Part shown: positions 12,722 through 26,223 of the stretch, in pieces
Layout: each line of letters starts with the position of its first letter
How positions within the stretch are numbered: the first letter of the stretch is position 1
Origin: Octopus sinensis
Taxonomy: Eukaryota
Length of the DNA: 64,000 bases
NCBI RefSeq assembly: GCF_006345805.1
Contig: NC_043006.1
Coordinates: forward strand, 94,178,001-94,242,000
Reading direction: 5' to 3'
Position numbers and translations under genes: made by a program
Notes under the pieces: generated by a model
Seen by the model: the letters and a program-made list of their open reading frames with translations, nothing else
Databases searched by the model: none
Told to the model about the DNA's origin: nothing

Positions 12722-13530
12722 TATATATATATATGTGTGTGTGTGTGTGTATATATATATACAGAGAGAGAGAGAGGGAGAGAGGGAGAGAGAGAGAGAG
12801 AGAGAGAGAAATTGAAAATGGAGACAAACGCACAAGATGTTATTTAAATCCTTATGTGCGTTTGTCTCAATTTTCCATCCCTCTTATATCCTCGAAACCA
12901 CGTCTCACTTCTCCTTGGAAGTATTTTGGCTACCCTGGTAACGAATCTTTCCTATGTATATAAGTATGCATGTATGCATGTATGTATGTATGTATGTAAT
13001 TATGTATGTATGTATGTATGTATGTATGTATGTATGTATGTATGTATGTATGTATGTATGTATGTATGTATGTATGCATGCATGTATGTATGTATGTATG
13101 TAATTATGTATGTATGTATTTATGTATGTGTATGTATGTATGTATGTATGTATGTATGTATGCATGTATGTATGTATGTATGTATGTATGTATGTATGTG
13201 TGTGTGTATGTATGCATGCATGTATGTATGTATGTAATTATGTATGTATGTGTGTGTGTGTATATATATGCATGCATGTATGTATGTATGTATGTATGTA
13301 ATTATGTACGTATGTATGTATGTATGTATGTATGTATGTATGAGTGTATGTGTGTGTCTGTTGCGTGTGTGTGTTTGTGTGTCTTTTTCTTTGTGTTACT
13401 CCCCCACTACCGGTGTCGCCTCGTTTATGTCCGTCCCTGTATTATTAGCGGTTTGGAATCAGGGGTTGATAGAATAAGCACCAGGCTCACAGGCAAGTAC
13501 TGGGGTCGATTCCTTTGACTGAAACGATTC
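12478..13530 (+). mobile_element. tRNA/CORE-type SINE stretched by internal microsatellite expansion and a nested insert
   Basis: Head 12478-12633 (gggttcagtc...tggcaccttgggcaa...ggcggaaactga) and tail ~13370-13530 separated by about 730 bp of TA/TG/GA/TATG repeats. Confidence 0.7.
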
Positions 13531-13767
13531 TTCAATGTGTCGTTTTAGTTGTTATGTGGTAACGGTGCGGTATTTGTGCTTATCTTACGAGTCGAAAATA
13601 CGGAGTTTCGAATCCGACCATTGCTACTTCAATTTTTCTTTTTTAATAAACATGAGGGTGTAGAATGCAGGAAAAGGAATGACATCCCGCGGGGAGGGTC
13701 AGTCGCTTCCCTTCGTGAACCCCACTCCTGTATCTAGCTTACGTATGGAATCACGAATGTTGTAGCG

Positions 13768-14220
13768 CAAGGGGTTCCCAACCTTATTTTGCTTGTGGAC
13801 CCCCTGAGAGCTATCTTATCATCCGTGGACCCCATATATGCACATACTCTTTTACTCTTTTACTCTCTTACTTGTTTCAGTCACTTGACTGCGGTCATGC
13901 TGGAGCACCGCCTTTAGTCGAGCAACTCGACCCCGGGACTTATTCTTTTTGTAAGCCCAGTACTTATTCTATCGGTCTCTTTTTGCCGAACCGCTAAGTG
14001 TAAACTTTTGAAATAAAATATTAGTTTGTAGGTTAGTAAAAACTAATAATGGAACAATTTCGTTATATTCATAACATAAACTCGAAATACAAATCTTGAA
14101 AATTTCAATAAATACGAGTACCTCACCTAAGAAGCAAAATTTATATATGGACCCACAAATTACAATTATTAACTCATGGAACCCTTTAAAGTTTCTGTGG
14201 ACCCCGGTTGGGAACACCTG
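13768..14220. mobile_element. hAT (Charlie/MER5-like) MITE with nested SINE tail fragment (13845-13998, minus)
   Basis: TIRs caaggggttcccaacc / ggttgggaacacctg; 8-bp flanks ttgtagcg / ctgtagtg; repeated tggaccc subterminal motifs. Confidence 0.8.
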
Positions 14221-14466
14221 CTGTAGTGTATGGCAGTAGTCCTATACTGGCCCTTGGTTTACACCGACCAGCGATATTGTGTGGGTGAATCCAAGGATTA
14301 TGCAAGAAAGGGGGATATCTACCCCTAAATACATGAAATCTGGAACGAGGGGGAACGCACAAGAACCTAACAGATCAGTGGATCTGAACGTGTGACAGCG
14401 GAACATGTGACGTGGTATAACACAGAGCGTGTCAAGACACACTACCTACCTACCTACCTACCTACG

Positions 14467-14576
<110 letters not shown>

Positions 14577-15909
14577 CCTGTCTATCTATCTATCAATCTA
14601 TCATCTCGACAATAGATAGATAGATATACTTGTTAATTTATTACATATATAGGTGGTATGAAAAAGTTCCCGAACTAGTTCTGTAGCGCACCAACAGATG
14701 TCAGCACAATGTCACGTGCGCAGTGGAGAGCTAGCGGTGAACTTTATGAGTTGTCTTTCGGAGACAAGCGTCAATAAGAGGTAACACTGGGTGTCACCGG
14801 GAGGAACAATCACGTGACATGAATGATGAAAATGGTTGGAGGATCTGGATTGCGTGCATCCAAGCAAATTCAACCCGATGGTGATGATGGTGATGATGAT
14901 GAGGATGACGACGACGAAGACAATGATGGAATGACTGTGTAGGAGATCCGCGCCATCCGTCTGTCCATGGTGGAAATTTGTGTAAGGCGTCAGGGTTGTT
15001 TGAGTGTGACTCTGGAACTGGGGACTGTTGCGGGTAGCAACAAGACAACAATGTCCAGGATAACCCGGTGGTACTTCAAATTTTGTAGTGAACATCAGTC
15101 AGAGACAGAACCTGTTAGTATTCACCGCGAGAACATGACCATCGTTCTTATTGCTCTTAGTTCTAAGAGCAATAAGGACGATGGTGTGCTTAGGTCGGCA
15201 GTTTATATCTTAAGACTCGCATGCTATCTTGTTTTATTCAGGTTCTATGTATAATGGGTCTATAATACCTGTCTATATATCATTTATAACATGTATGTAT
15301 ATAAGTGTTTATGTATATAGGAATATGCAGGCGTACATATCAGTCTACACATATGCATATGTGTATATGTATGTGTGTATGTGCGCCCGTCGTTCGCGTG
15401 CCCTTCCATATATGTCGTAACAAGGAAAGAACACAGGAGAAATATGGCGGACCTTTCGTGTAAGATTTGATCAATTTGTGGAATACTTTGAAAATCGACA
15501 GACAGAATTATTTGATACTCAATAAGCAATGATAATATTTGGTCTGTATAAAAATAGACTAAATTGAATAGAGAAAGCACAAAAGAAAAAAAAGTTACTA
15601 ACACACGCCTATATTTGCACACACACACATAGGAAAAAGTGGACACATCCCTAAACACACACACACATACACACACACACACACACACACTATGATATGA
15701 ACAGACATACAAACGTCCATACATGCCAGAGAAAGTAAGTAGGAGTTTCATTTACCTTGATGAATAAATAATGGCGAATAACAGCGTACGAGTCTGAAAG
15801 GAGAAAAGCCGGAGAGAGACAAATTTAGATATGATATATAGGATACGAAAGTTTTATAACGTATAATTATGTATACACGCACGGATATATATATATATAT
15901 ACATCAATC

Positions 15910-15953
<44 letters not shown>

Positions 15954-16052
15954 TATATATATTATATATATATATTATGTATGTATGTATGTTGTATGTA
16001 ATATATATATATATGTATGTACACACACACACACATATATATATATATGTAT

Positions 16053-16083
<31 letters not shown>

Positions 16084-16539
16084 CACACACACATATATAT
16101 ACATATACATACACACACACATACATATATGTAAGCATAAGCATACATATATAACAATGTTTGTATGTATTTATTTATTCACGTATGCATTTTTTAGTTG
16201 ATATATTTTGGGTTTAGTTTTTCTTTTTCTTATGTTAAAATATAGAGAGAGCTGGATATATATTTTTTAAAGTTTACAGTCTTTGAAATACCATCTTAAG
16301 ACAACCAACCGATGTGAAAGCCTGAGTAATGGCGAGAGTAATGGCCATAATAGTTTCAATATTCTAAGTTAATAACGGAAATAGAGCGCGCAATCGTATA
16401 AAACACATACAGTATGTATGTATGTATGTATGTATGTATACACGCACCACACACACACACACACACCACACACACATATATATATATATACATACACACA
16501 CACATGTATATATATATATATATATACATACACACACAC

Positions 16540-16574
<35 letters not shown>

Positions 16575-16784
16575 CACACACACATGTATATATATATATA
16601 CATACACATATATATAAAGATAGGTATATATATATATATATATACATACATACATACACACACATATACATACATATATATATACACACACATACAGACA
16701 TAAATATGTATATATTTGTGTAAATATATCATATCTAGTGATGTGGATATATGTATGTCAAATTTATGTCAATATATTTGCTTA

Positions 16785-16816
<32 letters not shown>

Positions 16817-18816
16817 CGTGTGTGTGTATATATGTGTATATATATGTAAATACATATATATACACACATATACACACACACAATATACACGTTCATATGT
16901 ATACACATACATACACACACATGTGTGTGAGTATACTCTCAGAGACTGACATAGAAATCATATCATTATATTTCATGTGGGTCTGTTTTTCTTCGCTTTA
17001 TCATGTTTATGTGTATGGGTCGGTGGGAGAGGTTGTGTGCTTTTGCAAATTATAGATTTAATGGCCGAGGTAAATAATACATTATTTTCTTTTTTATTTA
17101 TCCTTCCAAGAACGGCTCTGCTCCATATGTGCGAATTATCCCTCTCCACCGGCATCACCAACCCTCGCGACACCAAAATTTATTTCATTTTACCAAATAA
17201 TCACCAGCTTCCTTGAAATACTTTTTTTCCTAAATCCATTAATTATCGGACAATATTCGTGAGAAATATTTTTCTCCCTTTTAAACAAATAGCGCTTCAA
17301 TATCCTCTCAAAAAGCCTGAGAGACCTACATGTGGTGGATGTAGGTGTCTTTGAAACAGAACTGGATATTCTCCAGTCTAGAGTTCCGGCTGAACCCACC
17401 TCACAGCAGGAAACACAGATGAGGGCAGAAACATCAAACACCCTCATCAGCCAAATGTTACATATCGGAGGAGTTATGCAGCAAGTAGTGAAAGCATAGC
17501 AAAACTGACGGAGGTGCCCCAGCATGGCCGCAGTTCTTCAGCTGGAGCTATAAAAGAAAGAAAAATATTTGGTTCCCAGATCATTCCAAATCTACGTAGA
17601 CCAATGATAAATTCTCTAAGTCCACGATTAAAAAAAAAAACACCTCGCCCGCAAGGGAAATTTAGCAATCATCTAAATTTGAAACCTCTAACTGATAAAA
17701 TATTTTTTTAAAGAACCCAAGGGTATAAAAACTAAATAGTAGAATCTTTAAGATCCTAACGGTAATTAAATATGTATTGCCTGTCTCTGATGTGTAAAAT
17801 TAAAATTCATCATTTCATTTAGATGCTTCATCTTTGGAAATTCTTACGCACTTGTGATCCACGAAAGGGAGCTAAAAAAACCCAAAAATCTCCGAACATC
17901 TGTTCCCTAGATTCTCCGTCCAAAGTTTCTTGATATCCTGCCCTACTTTCTTGGGAAACCTGTCTAAGGTTACATTGAATAATATAACTCTAGGAATACC
18001 ATACCAGGAGATTAAAAAAGAGAAAACAAGAGAGGAAACCGACTGGAATTAGAAATAAAATAATTTTCTCCATAGGAGTAACCTATCAGTGTTGACCTGG
18101 GGTTAAATAACTTTCTTTATTGGCCACACAGGGCTGAACACAGAGGGGACAAATACAAATGTTGAGCTTTTCGTTTCGAAAATGAAAAAGAAAAAGGATA
18201 AAAAGGAAACAAATGTAAAATTCCGATCAAAAGGGATCGAGGAAAAAAAGTAATCAAATGGGATCGTGTATCACAACTGCAGCAAGGACCACGAAGGCAG
18301 TGGCGGCGACGACGACGAAACACCAATTGAGTTGTTACCCCGTCGCACCTACTGCTAGAGATAGCAGCTAAACCACTCTCAGCCCACACCTTAATGTCTT
18401 GAGAAAAAATTTCGCAGAGCACATTCGATACTCTTGTATAAAATCAACTATCTCAGAATATAAGACGGGATTGCCATGGCTGGAACGTCTTTCATTGTAC
18501 ACGTGTTTCTCCATTGTGCCTGAACTGAGACGAAACAAAAGAACGCAGCATCTGATGGCTTTTTTGTTTTATTATTATTATTTCTGTGAAATTAATAGTC
18601 TTCATCTAAACACTTTTACATACATAAATATATACATACACACACGTACACACACGTGCACACACACACATATATACATGCACACATACACAAGGATGTG
18701 TAGGTATATAATGCATGGGTGTGTGCCTGCGTGAGTATGCTTGTGTGTGTATGCACTCATAGTTACACACTTATATATACATACGCATACATACACACAC
18801 ATATATAAATACATAC

Positions 18817-18853
<37 letters not shown>

Positions 18854-19480
18854 GACCTGTGAGTGAGAGCCATTCATGTGTATAATATGTTTGTGTGTGC
18901 GTGTGTGCGTGTGTGTGTGTGTGTGTGTGTGCATGCACGAGTGTGTGCGCGAGCTAGCATGTGTGTGTGTTTGTCTGAATGCGGGAGATGGACCACGTGT
19001 GTTTGACGTCCGACAATACATATTGCAAAATATCCGATCAAATGTAGTCCACAGCCATTATGAAAGTATGTGAAAATATAAACAAAAAAAAAAGAATGAA
19101 TGAATGAATAAAAAGGAAACCCGCGCGCGCGCTACGCACACAAAACATAGGATATTTCAGGAATTTAATTTTATAGTTGTAATACAAGTCTCACACAATA
19201 GAAGTTTGTGTTAATTTACACATGAAATATTTTCCCCGAGTAACAGTAAATGAATGAATATATCTTAAAACAAACAGCGATGTCGGTAACAACACCCTAC
19301 ACAAAGATTCAGCGAGACGATTTTCACATGGTTTTGTTTTGTTTTTCGATGTTAGGTTTTGATACAGGCCTATACGTTAGAAGCTGTCCTATTTCAGATA
19401 TTTCTTACTTCTTTCAGTCATTAGACTGCGGCCATGCTGGAGCACGACCTTTGAGAGTCCTGAGTCCAATGAATTGATCT

Positions 19481-19713
19481 CGGTAGCGAGCTGGCAGAAT
19501 CGTTAGCACGCCGGGCGAAATGCGTAGCCGTATTTCGTCTGTCGTTACGTTGTGAGTTCAAATTCCGCCGAGGTGGACTTTGCCTTTCATCCTTTCGGGG
19601 TCGATAAATTAAGTACCAGTCACGCACTGGAGTCGATGTAATCGACTTAATACCTATGTCTGTCCTTGTTTGTCCCCTCTGTGTTTAGCCCCTTGTGGGT
19701 AATAAAGAAATAG
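19481..19713 (+). mobile_element. Deu/Nin-type SINE, full length
   Basis: Close match to the copies at 2547 and 38773. Confidence 0.85.
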
Positions 19714-20091
19714 GTACTTATTTATTTTTGTTAATATAATCAATTAAGACCCTGGAAGGCGTTGCCCCAACATGGTCGCAGCCCAATGAACGGGAAATGT
19801 AAATTAATAAAAAAAAAATAAAGAAATTAAACAAGAGATATAGATCAAAATATTCGTTGCTTCTTTTTCTTCTTCATTTCGTTCCCTTTCTCTTGGAGTC
19901 AATAAGTGCTTCTGGTTAGAAACTGGTGTCAATCTACAATTCTCACCCGTCCTAAATATCCTTCACATCCTGCATCCTCCCAAGTGACAAACATGACCCA
20001 CATTTAATCACATGTCGATTTACTTCCGTGTACACCCGTAACGGAACCCGCTGATTATGATTAATTAAGAAACATTCAGAATATTGGCTAC

Positions 20092-20144
<53 letters not shown>

Positions 20145-20739
20145 AAAGCCCAATTTGGAATGTAAGCGTATGAGCGTGCGCACACGTGCGTGTGAATTAT
20201 ATAAAGTTGACAGTCATGTGATATAAGGTCAGCTGCCATTTATTGATGCGAAAAGGAGGTCAACACTTTAAATAGACACACATATACACAGACAGACAGA
20301 CACACACGGACTGGAGGCATCCGTTACACTTTCGAGACCTCGAGTCTGCTCCGTGAGTTTGCTCTTGGAAAGTGTTGTTTTGGTTTTGCTTGTAGAACAG
20401 CATCTGCTGTGATTGTGTGTGAGTGACAGTGACTGTGAAGTCTGTGGCAAGTGTGTTGCGAGTGAAAGAAACTCTCTTAGCGAGAACAAAGAAAAGAAAA
20501 GCAGTCTTCAGTGTGAGTATGTGTTTTGTGGGGTCGACCGTGTCCTCTGCTTCATTTTATGTAAATCACTCATTCTCATTTAATTGAATATATTTTAATT
20601 GTTTATTCATACGTTTCGTCTCATTTGATCCCCTGTCCCCAATGTTTATTTTGTCTGTCTTCGTATCGTCCCTGCTTTTTCTCGACCTCATGGTTAATAA
20701 AGAAGTTGACTGTACTTAAAGGCTTTGTCCACCAGCCTT

Positions 20740-21280
20740 CTTCAGGTGCTTTTTTGTGGAGTGGGGGCGTTGATTCGGCAATCCTGAATCTCTGTTTAGG
20801 TCTTCTTAAACCGTTCTCTATTTCTAGTTTCCAGCGGGGTCGACCATCAGCAATGTCCTCCAAACCCTCAGCGTTCGTGTACAGAGATTTAGCAGTCACT
20901 GACATTTTTGAAACGGAGATAGCTTGTGTTCGTCAGTCCACCATACAGTTGGTTTTTTACGGGTCCAAAGGCGATTTACTGTTGTTGCACTAGGTTGAGG
21001 AGGCCGGATATCTGAGTGTGTACAGATCTTAATTGTTGAAGACTACGGAATCCGCCTCAAGCTGCATAGGTGAGAAAGCATTGAGATGCAACCCTCGTCG
21101 CAAGTAAATGTACCAGATCTCTCAACCATACAGCAGCATGGTGAGGACTCAGTCTCGCTCGGTAGACTGTAACGTCACGTATGCTGTTAGCTTGCTGTTC
21201 CTTTTGACTCTTGTCAGCTCAGTTGCTCATTCAATACGTCTGTTATCTTCGACAATGGAGAAACGCTGTTCGTGATTGAG
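20740..21280 (-). pseudogene. Highly degenerate RTE LINE 3' fragment
   Basis: Minus-strand peptides LTMLLYG and LEDIADGRPRWKLEIENG resemble the RTE C-terminal WE.IA.DR..WR..V..G motif seen at 37.7 kb. Confidence 0.55.
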
Positions 21281-22011
21281 TCGAAGTATGTGAATGCGTG
21301 GACTACTTACAACTCGCGTATGTGTGCGTGTGTGCATCTGTGTATGTATGTACGTATCAGTGTTAACCATCGATCTGCTTGTGCTACGGTGGACGTATAT
21401 TTAGTGCACTTGTTCATTTGTTTTGAGTTGACCAATGAAAGATTTGGCAAGGCAATGCGTTTGCGTAAACTTTTGTATAAAGTTGGGAAAATATTTTGCA
21501 AAGAAGTTTTCTGATGTTGCAAGAGGCCTTTGGGTGGGGGGGGAGTTTTTTTCCTTTTTTTCCCCCAGCAGTATACAGTTTAATGAATGCATTAGCGTTT
21601 CAAATCAGCAAGAACCCCCGCCAAAGACGATCACGAATCTGAACACCCTTCTACGAGAACGTACGACAATCACATTGAGTCAATCCCTGCTGTCGTATGA
21701 GAATATCGTGGCCTGGCTAAACCTAAGAATTCCGAAAAAGAATGGCCGCACTAAAAATCATGCTGCGTAATTTACGTCCTGTCTTTACGATCTGGGTTCA
21801 AATTCCGCCGCGGTTGGCTTTGCCTTTCATCCTTTCGGTGTCGATAAATTGAGTACCAACTGCGTAATGGAGTCGATCTAATCGACTGGCCCCCACCCCA
21901 AAAATTTCGGACCTTGTGCCTAGTGTAGAAAAGAATAATCTATATAAAGCCGGATCGCATAGGGGGAACAAAATACGTGTAATCTAACCACAACTGAGTG
22001 ACGCGAAATTA

Positions 22012-22330
22012 TGAGGGCGAGTCAAAAAGTAATGCCATTTTGTTTAGGACAGGTATAATTACCAACACAGGAACATGTATCATACATCAAAATTAAGCTG
22101 GTCCTCTGTGGATTACATCCCTACTCCACAACATAGTCACCGTTTCTCTCAACAGCAATGTTCCACCTTCGAATGAGAGCATGTATCCAAGACCCGAAAA
22201 ATTCTGTTGACTCTTCTTTGAGCCATTTCTTCACTACAGTTTTCACTTCCTCGTCAATAGACTATCATCGTCACTGAACTGTCATCTCTTCGGCCCCATG
22301 AAAGATGGTTTGAGAGGCAAACATTATTCC
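22012..22330 (-). mobile_element. Mariner 3' end remnant with internal inversion
   Basis: TA-tgagggcgagtcaaaaagt TIR; minus DEEVKTVVKKWLKE...IHALIRRWNIAVERNGDYV; plus HLFGPMKDGLRGKHYS at 22284-22330. Confidence 0.75.
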
Positions 22331-22652
22331 AGAATTAAGTTGGTGAAAGGTTTCTGAAAAGCCTTTTAACAAGAGGCGGAGTAGGGATTTACGGCTATGA
22401 TATTGAGACAAAAATATACCAACTGCATTGTGCTGCATGGTCGACGCTGCACCAATAAATAAGTTAAAAAGTATATAAATAGGTATAAATAAATAAACTC
22501 ATCGGAGTCGCCCAAATACGAAGCTGATGGTGGTCGTGTCTTGTGATTGCAAATTTTCGTTTGCTCTCAGTTTGATCCTGGTGATCATTCGGTTAATAAA
22601 ATGTTTTAACTGCATGTATAAGAAGCTTTTGATAATTGGTAGTGGTAAGGAT

Positions 22653-22955
22653 GTTTGTTCCTTCTCGAGCCACGCCTGGCTTATAAGGGCTGGTTTCCCG
22701 GTTTCCTTGGCGTATAGGTTCCCCACCTGGACGGGACGCCGATTCGTCGCAGGTGAGCTGCTAGAAGCAGAAAGTAAGAGTGAGAAAAAGTTGTGGCGAA
22801 AGAGTCAGCAGAAGTTCGCCATTATCTTCAGCCGGAGTCACGTGGAGCTAAGGTGTTTCGCTCATAAACACACACATCGCCCGGTCTGAGATTCGAACCC
22901 GCGAACCCTCGACCGCGAGTCCGCTGCTCTAACAACTAGGCCGTGTGCCTCCACT
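22653..22955 (-). mobile_element. Full-length tRNA SINE with V-domain-like segment and 13-bp TSD
   Basis: tagtggtaaggat at 22640-22652 and 22956-22968; A/B boxes; ctgcgacgaatcggcgtcccgtccagg resembles the V-SINE domain. Confidence 0.85.
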
Positions 22956-23984
22956 TAGTGGTAAGGATAAGTTTTCTTTGCCACAAACAAAACATTCATG
23001 CAACTCAGCAATAACGCAGCTTCTCTAGCGTCAACTATTCAGTGGGTTTTCGCAAAATGCAAGAGGACAACCATGATCTAGCTGCCCTACTCAACAGATT
23101 TGGTTCCTGCGAAGGGGTAAAACCTGTGAAATTTATTCACTAATCTCTTTCATTCAGAGTGGAAAGAAGACGACAGAAGTGCTCGAAGAAATTTATTTAC
23201 AAAAGCTGCGTGTAATGTCCCTGAAAACCCGTTCCTGGACTCAACCCCAAACTTCAAAACAGTTGAAGATAGCTTATCAAGAGTGGAGAGTATTATTTTG
23301 AAGGAGACAAATCTGATTATGCATTAAATTCAATAACATATTTGTTAAGTTTGTCAAAAAGACGCGTTTCTTTTTGAACAGACTTGTAAATTTGCCAGCA
23401 GTGTGCACAATGTAAACACATTGATAATTAAGAGTCGTTTCTGTCAGATGCTTCATATCTATGCATATATAGAGATGTGATGGTGATGAGAGGAGATCAA
23501 ATAGACATTAATAAAGAGATATATTTTAATTGGAAAGCTATTAATAATTGCCTCAATTAAGCAATTGGCTTTGGTATCAAAAAATTATGCTATGGAGAAC
23601 GAACAACGTTTGATAGCAACACGTTACACACTTACGTTCATACATATATGAACATGCATTCATGAACATGTAAATGTAAATTTAAGTATATATCTGTATA
23701 TGCACTTCTATGTATGAATCTATATACTGTATATATATGTCGGTGCCTATGTGCCTGCATATGCTAATATCATTGCATGTATGTATGTATGTATTCCTTT
23801 TTTCTCTCTCTTCTCCCCCTCCTTAATACCTTTGTTCCTCTTTTTCTCTCTCTTCTCCCTCTCTTTAATTCCTTTGCCACTTTTTTCTCTCTCTTCGCTT
23901 CTCACGTGACCGCTGGCCTTTGCGCTTCGGACCAGCGCCACGATAACATCGCATTCTTCGTCTGCATTATTTTTCAAATACGCT

Positions 23985-24287
23985 AGCTAAGTTCAACTCG
24001 TCTAAGTCGAAAGACGCCTGTTGTTATGTCCTGTTATATTTATATTCGTGTAACATCTTCCGTTTTTCTGTCCTTGTTTCGTATACACCCGATTCTTTCC
24101 AAGAAATCTAATGCTCGTAGCTTAGTTTTTCCTTGGGGCTGGCCAGATCGGAGCAATCTCAAGATTAATCAGCCGAAATTGCGAGGGTGATCCGGTTCTT
24201 GAATGATGATTAGAGGCTTCGAATGACCCGTCCGTGTTTTTTGTATCGTCTATTTGAATGTTTTGCGTTCTTGTCCCATTTTGTATT
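23985..24287 (+). mobile_element. Dispersed repeat 3' end abutting a microsatellite (related copies 30415-30580 minus, 40713-40830 minus)
   Basis: Shared atcagccgaaattg...gatccggttcttga.tga.gatt.gaggcttcgaatg.cccgtcc...cgttcttgtccca.tttgtatt. Confidence 0.6.
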
Positions 24288-24307
24288 ATATATATATATT
24301 ATATATA

Positions 24308-24963
24308 TATAACAATTTAGGAATGGCCTAAACAGGCCATTCGTCCACCAGAAAGAGCAGCCAGAACTCCAACCGCCAAGTAGTGTAATTCGGAAATAAG
24401 GTGAAAATTTAAAAACATTTACCCTAATTCATCTTTTATACGATGCATCGTTTCAGTGTCTTTAATGATAGACCAGCTTAATTAAATTAAATTAAGCTAG
24501 TCTACCATAGGTCACACTTCATCAGTAAAAGAAACCTGGGAGAGACGGACATACACGAGGCGACTGTATCAATGCCTCGGGAATGTCTGTCTTAAAATTT
24601 TCAAGACCAACGCATTCGCGCCAAACTTATCGGCAGCAAATATAAACTGCCGATTCCATCTCAGAATTAGTCAGAAAATTATCAATTAATCAATTTAGGG
24701 TAGCAAAAATTCAGTAAAAATTTATCGTTACCAGCGGCCTAGTGGAAAAGAGAAAATAGTCAAAGACTAAATATGTATAAAATAACAATTTAGGAATGGC
24801 CTAAACAGGCCATTCGTCCACAGAAAGAGCAGCCAGAACTCCAACCGCCAAGTAGTGTAATTCGGAAATAAGGTGAAAATTTAAAAACATTTACCCTAAT
24901 TCATCTTTTATACGATGCATCGTTTCAGTGTCTTAATGATAGACCAGCTTAATTAAATTAAAT
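24308..24963 (-). mobile_element. Retrozyme-like tandem unit (family B, ~472-474-bp period, about 1.4 copies) in (TA)n; diverged relative of family A
   Basis: ataacaatttaggaatggcc at 24309 and 24782; blocks shared with family A (aaaaacatttaccct, cgcgccaaa.ttatcggcagcaaat, ccagcggcctagtgg). Confidence 0.8.
24432..24532 (-). ncRNA. Type-I hammerhead ribozyme with extended stem II (family B); predicted cleavage after 24439
   Basis: Minus: tctttta-CTGATGA-agtgt-[19-bp hairpin]-acact-GAAAC-gatgcatc-GTA-taaaaga. Confidence 0.9.
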
Positions 24964-25214
24964 ATATATATATATAGTCAATCCAATCAAGAACAAGCAA
25001 GAAAAATACAAGAACGTGAGGACGTGGAACAAATACTGTGTTACTGGGCGTTCAGGAAAGGAAAGGAAAGAAAAGAAAGAGGGCTTCACGTTTCATCAGA
25101 AATATAGAAAAAGTCAAAATTAGGGAAGACGGAGAAAGAAAATCGCCAACGATACACACGCGGTCACATTTTGAAATATATATATATATATATATATATA
25201 ACCCTAACCCTTTT

Positions 25215-25640
25215 TTACTTTTATCTTTTACTTGTTTCAGTCATTGGAATGCAGCCATGGGGGGGGGGCAGTGCCTCGAATGGATTTAGTCGAACAAATC
25301 GACCCCGGTACTTGTTTTAAAATCTGGTAGTTATTCTGTCGGACTTTTTTGCCGAACCGCTAAGCTACGCTAGCAAAAAGAAACCGAAACCCGTTGTCAA
25401 GCGATGGGGTCGACAACTACAGAAACGCGACGCACGCACGCACACACACACACTCGCACACACTCACACATACAGACACACACACGTACTCACACATGAC
25501 AGGCCTTCACACAGAATTTCCGCGCACCAGATTCACTTACAACTCATTGGTCAGTATAGGTTATAGTCGAAGTCAGTTGCCAAGATCTCGGTTGGTGACA
25601 CTGAACCCGAAATTACGTGATTGCAAAACCAGCTTCTTAA
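25215..25640 (-). mobile_element. tRNA/CORE-type SINE, diverged
   Basis: cttgtttcagtcatt...gaccccggtactt...gccgaaccgctaag tail and head remnants. Confidence 0.65.
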
Positions 25641-26223
25641 TCCCAGCTGAGTTTACTGAAATCAGTTCTCTGGAGCTCGATTCAATTATAGCTTCATCTT
25701 CTTTAAGACTCAAACGTCTCTCCTTATGTCTGCCATTCTCTTTCATTGTTAACCTTGTTTAAAACATGAGATTAGCGCCATTTCTTCCGGCTCGTTATAT
25801 TCTCAACCTAAATCCTGCCGAGATCGACTTTGTCCGTTATTCTTTCCGGATCGATGAAATGAATACCGACTGAGTACTGGGGTAGAAGTAATCGTCTAAG
25901 TTCGTCTCTCAAGAAACTTCTAGCCTTGTACCAAAACCTGAAACCGTTATATTAAAGATTTGAATCGTTAAACCTGACATCCGAGTTTATATCGTGATTA
26001 GAAAAATATTAGATTAACGGAAATAATTAAGGTAGTGAGCTGGCAGAACCGTTAGCGCATCGAACAAAATGCTTAACGGCATTCTACGTTCTCAGTTCAA
26101 ATTCTGCCGAGGTTGAGTTTGCATTCCGTCCCTTCATGGGGTCGATAAAATAAGTTCCAGAATAGCCCTTCCCTCAAATTTCAGGTCTTTTGTCTATGGT
26201 AGAAATAGTTGCTGTTTTGTTTA

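Noticed and set aside
17100-18060. Possible decayed retroelement coding region on the minus strand
   Set aside because: No recognisable domain motif in any frame.
25199-25211. Telomeric TAACCC repeat
   Set aside because: Only two units, expected by chance.
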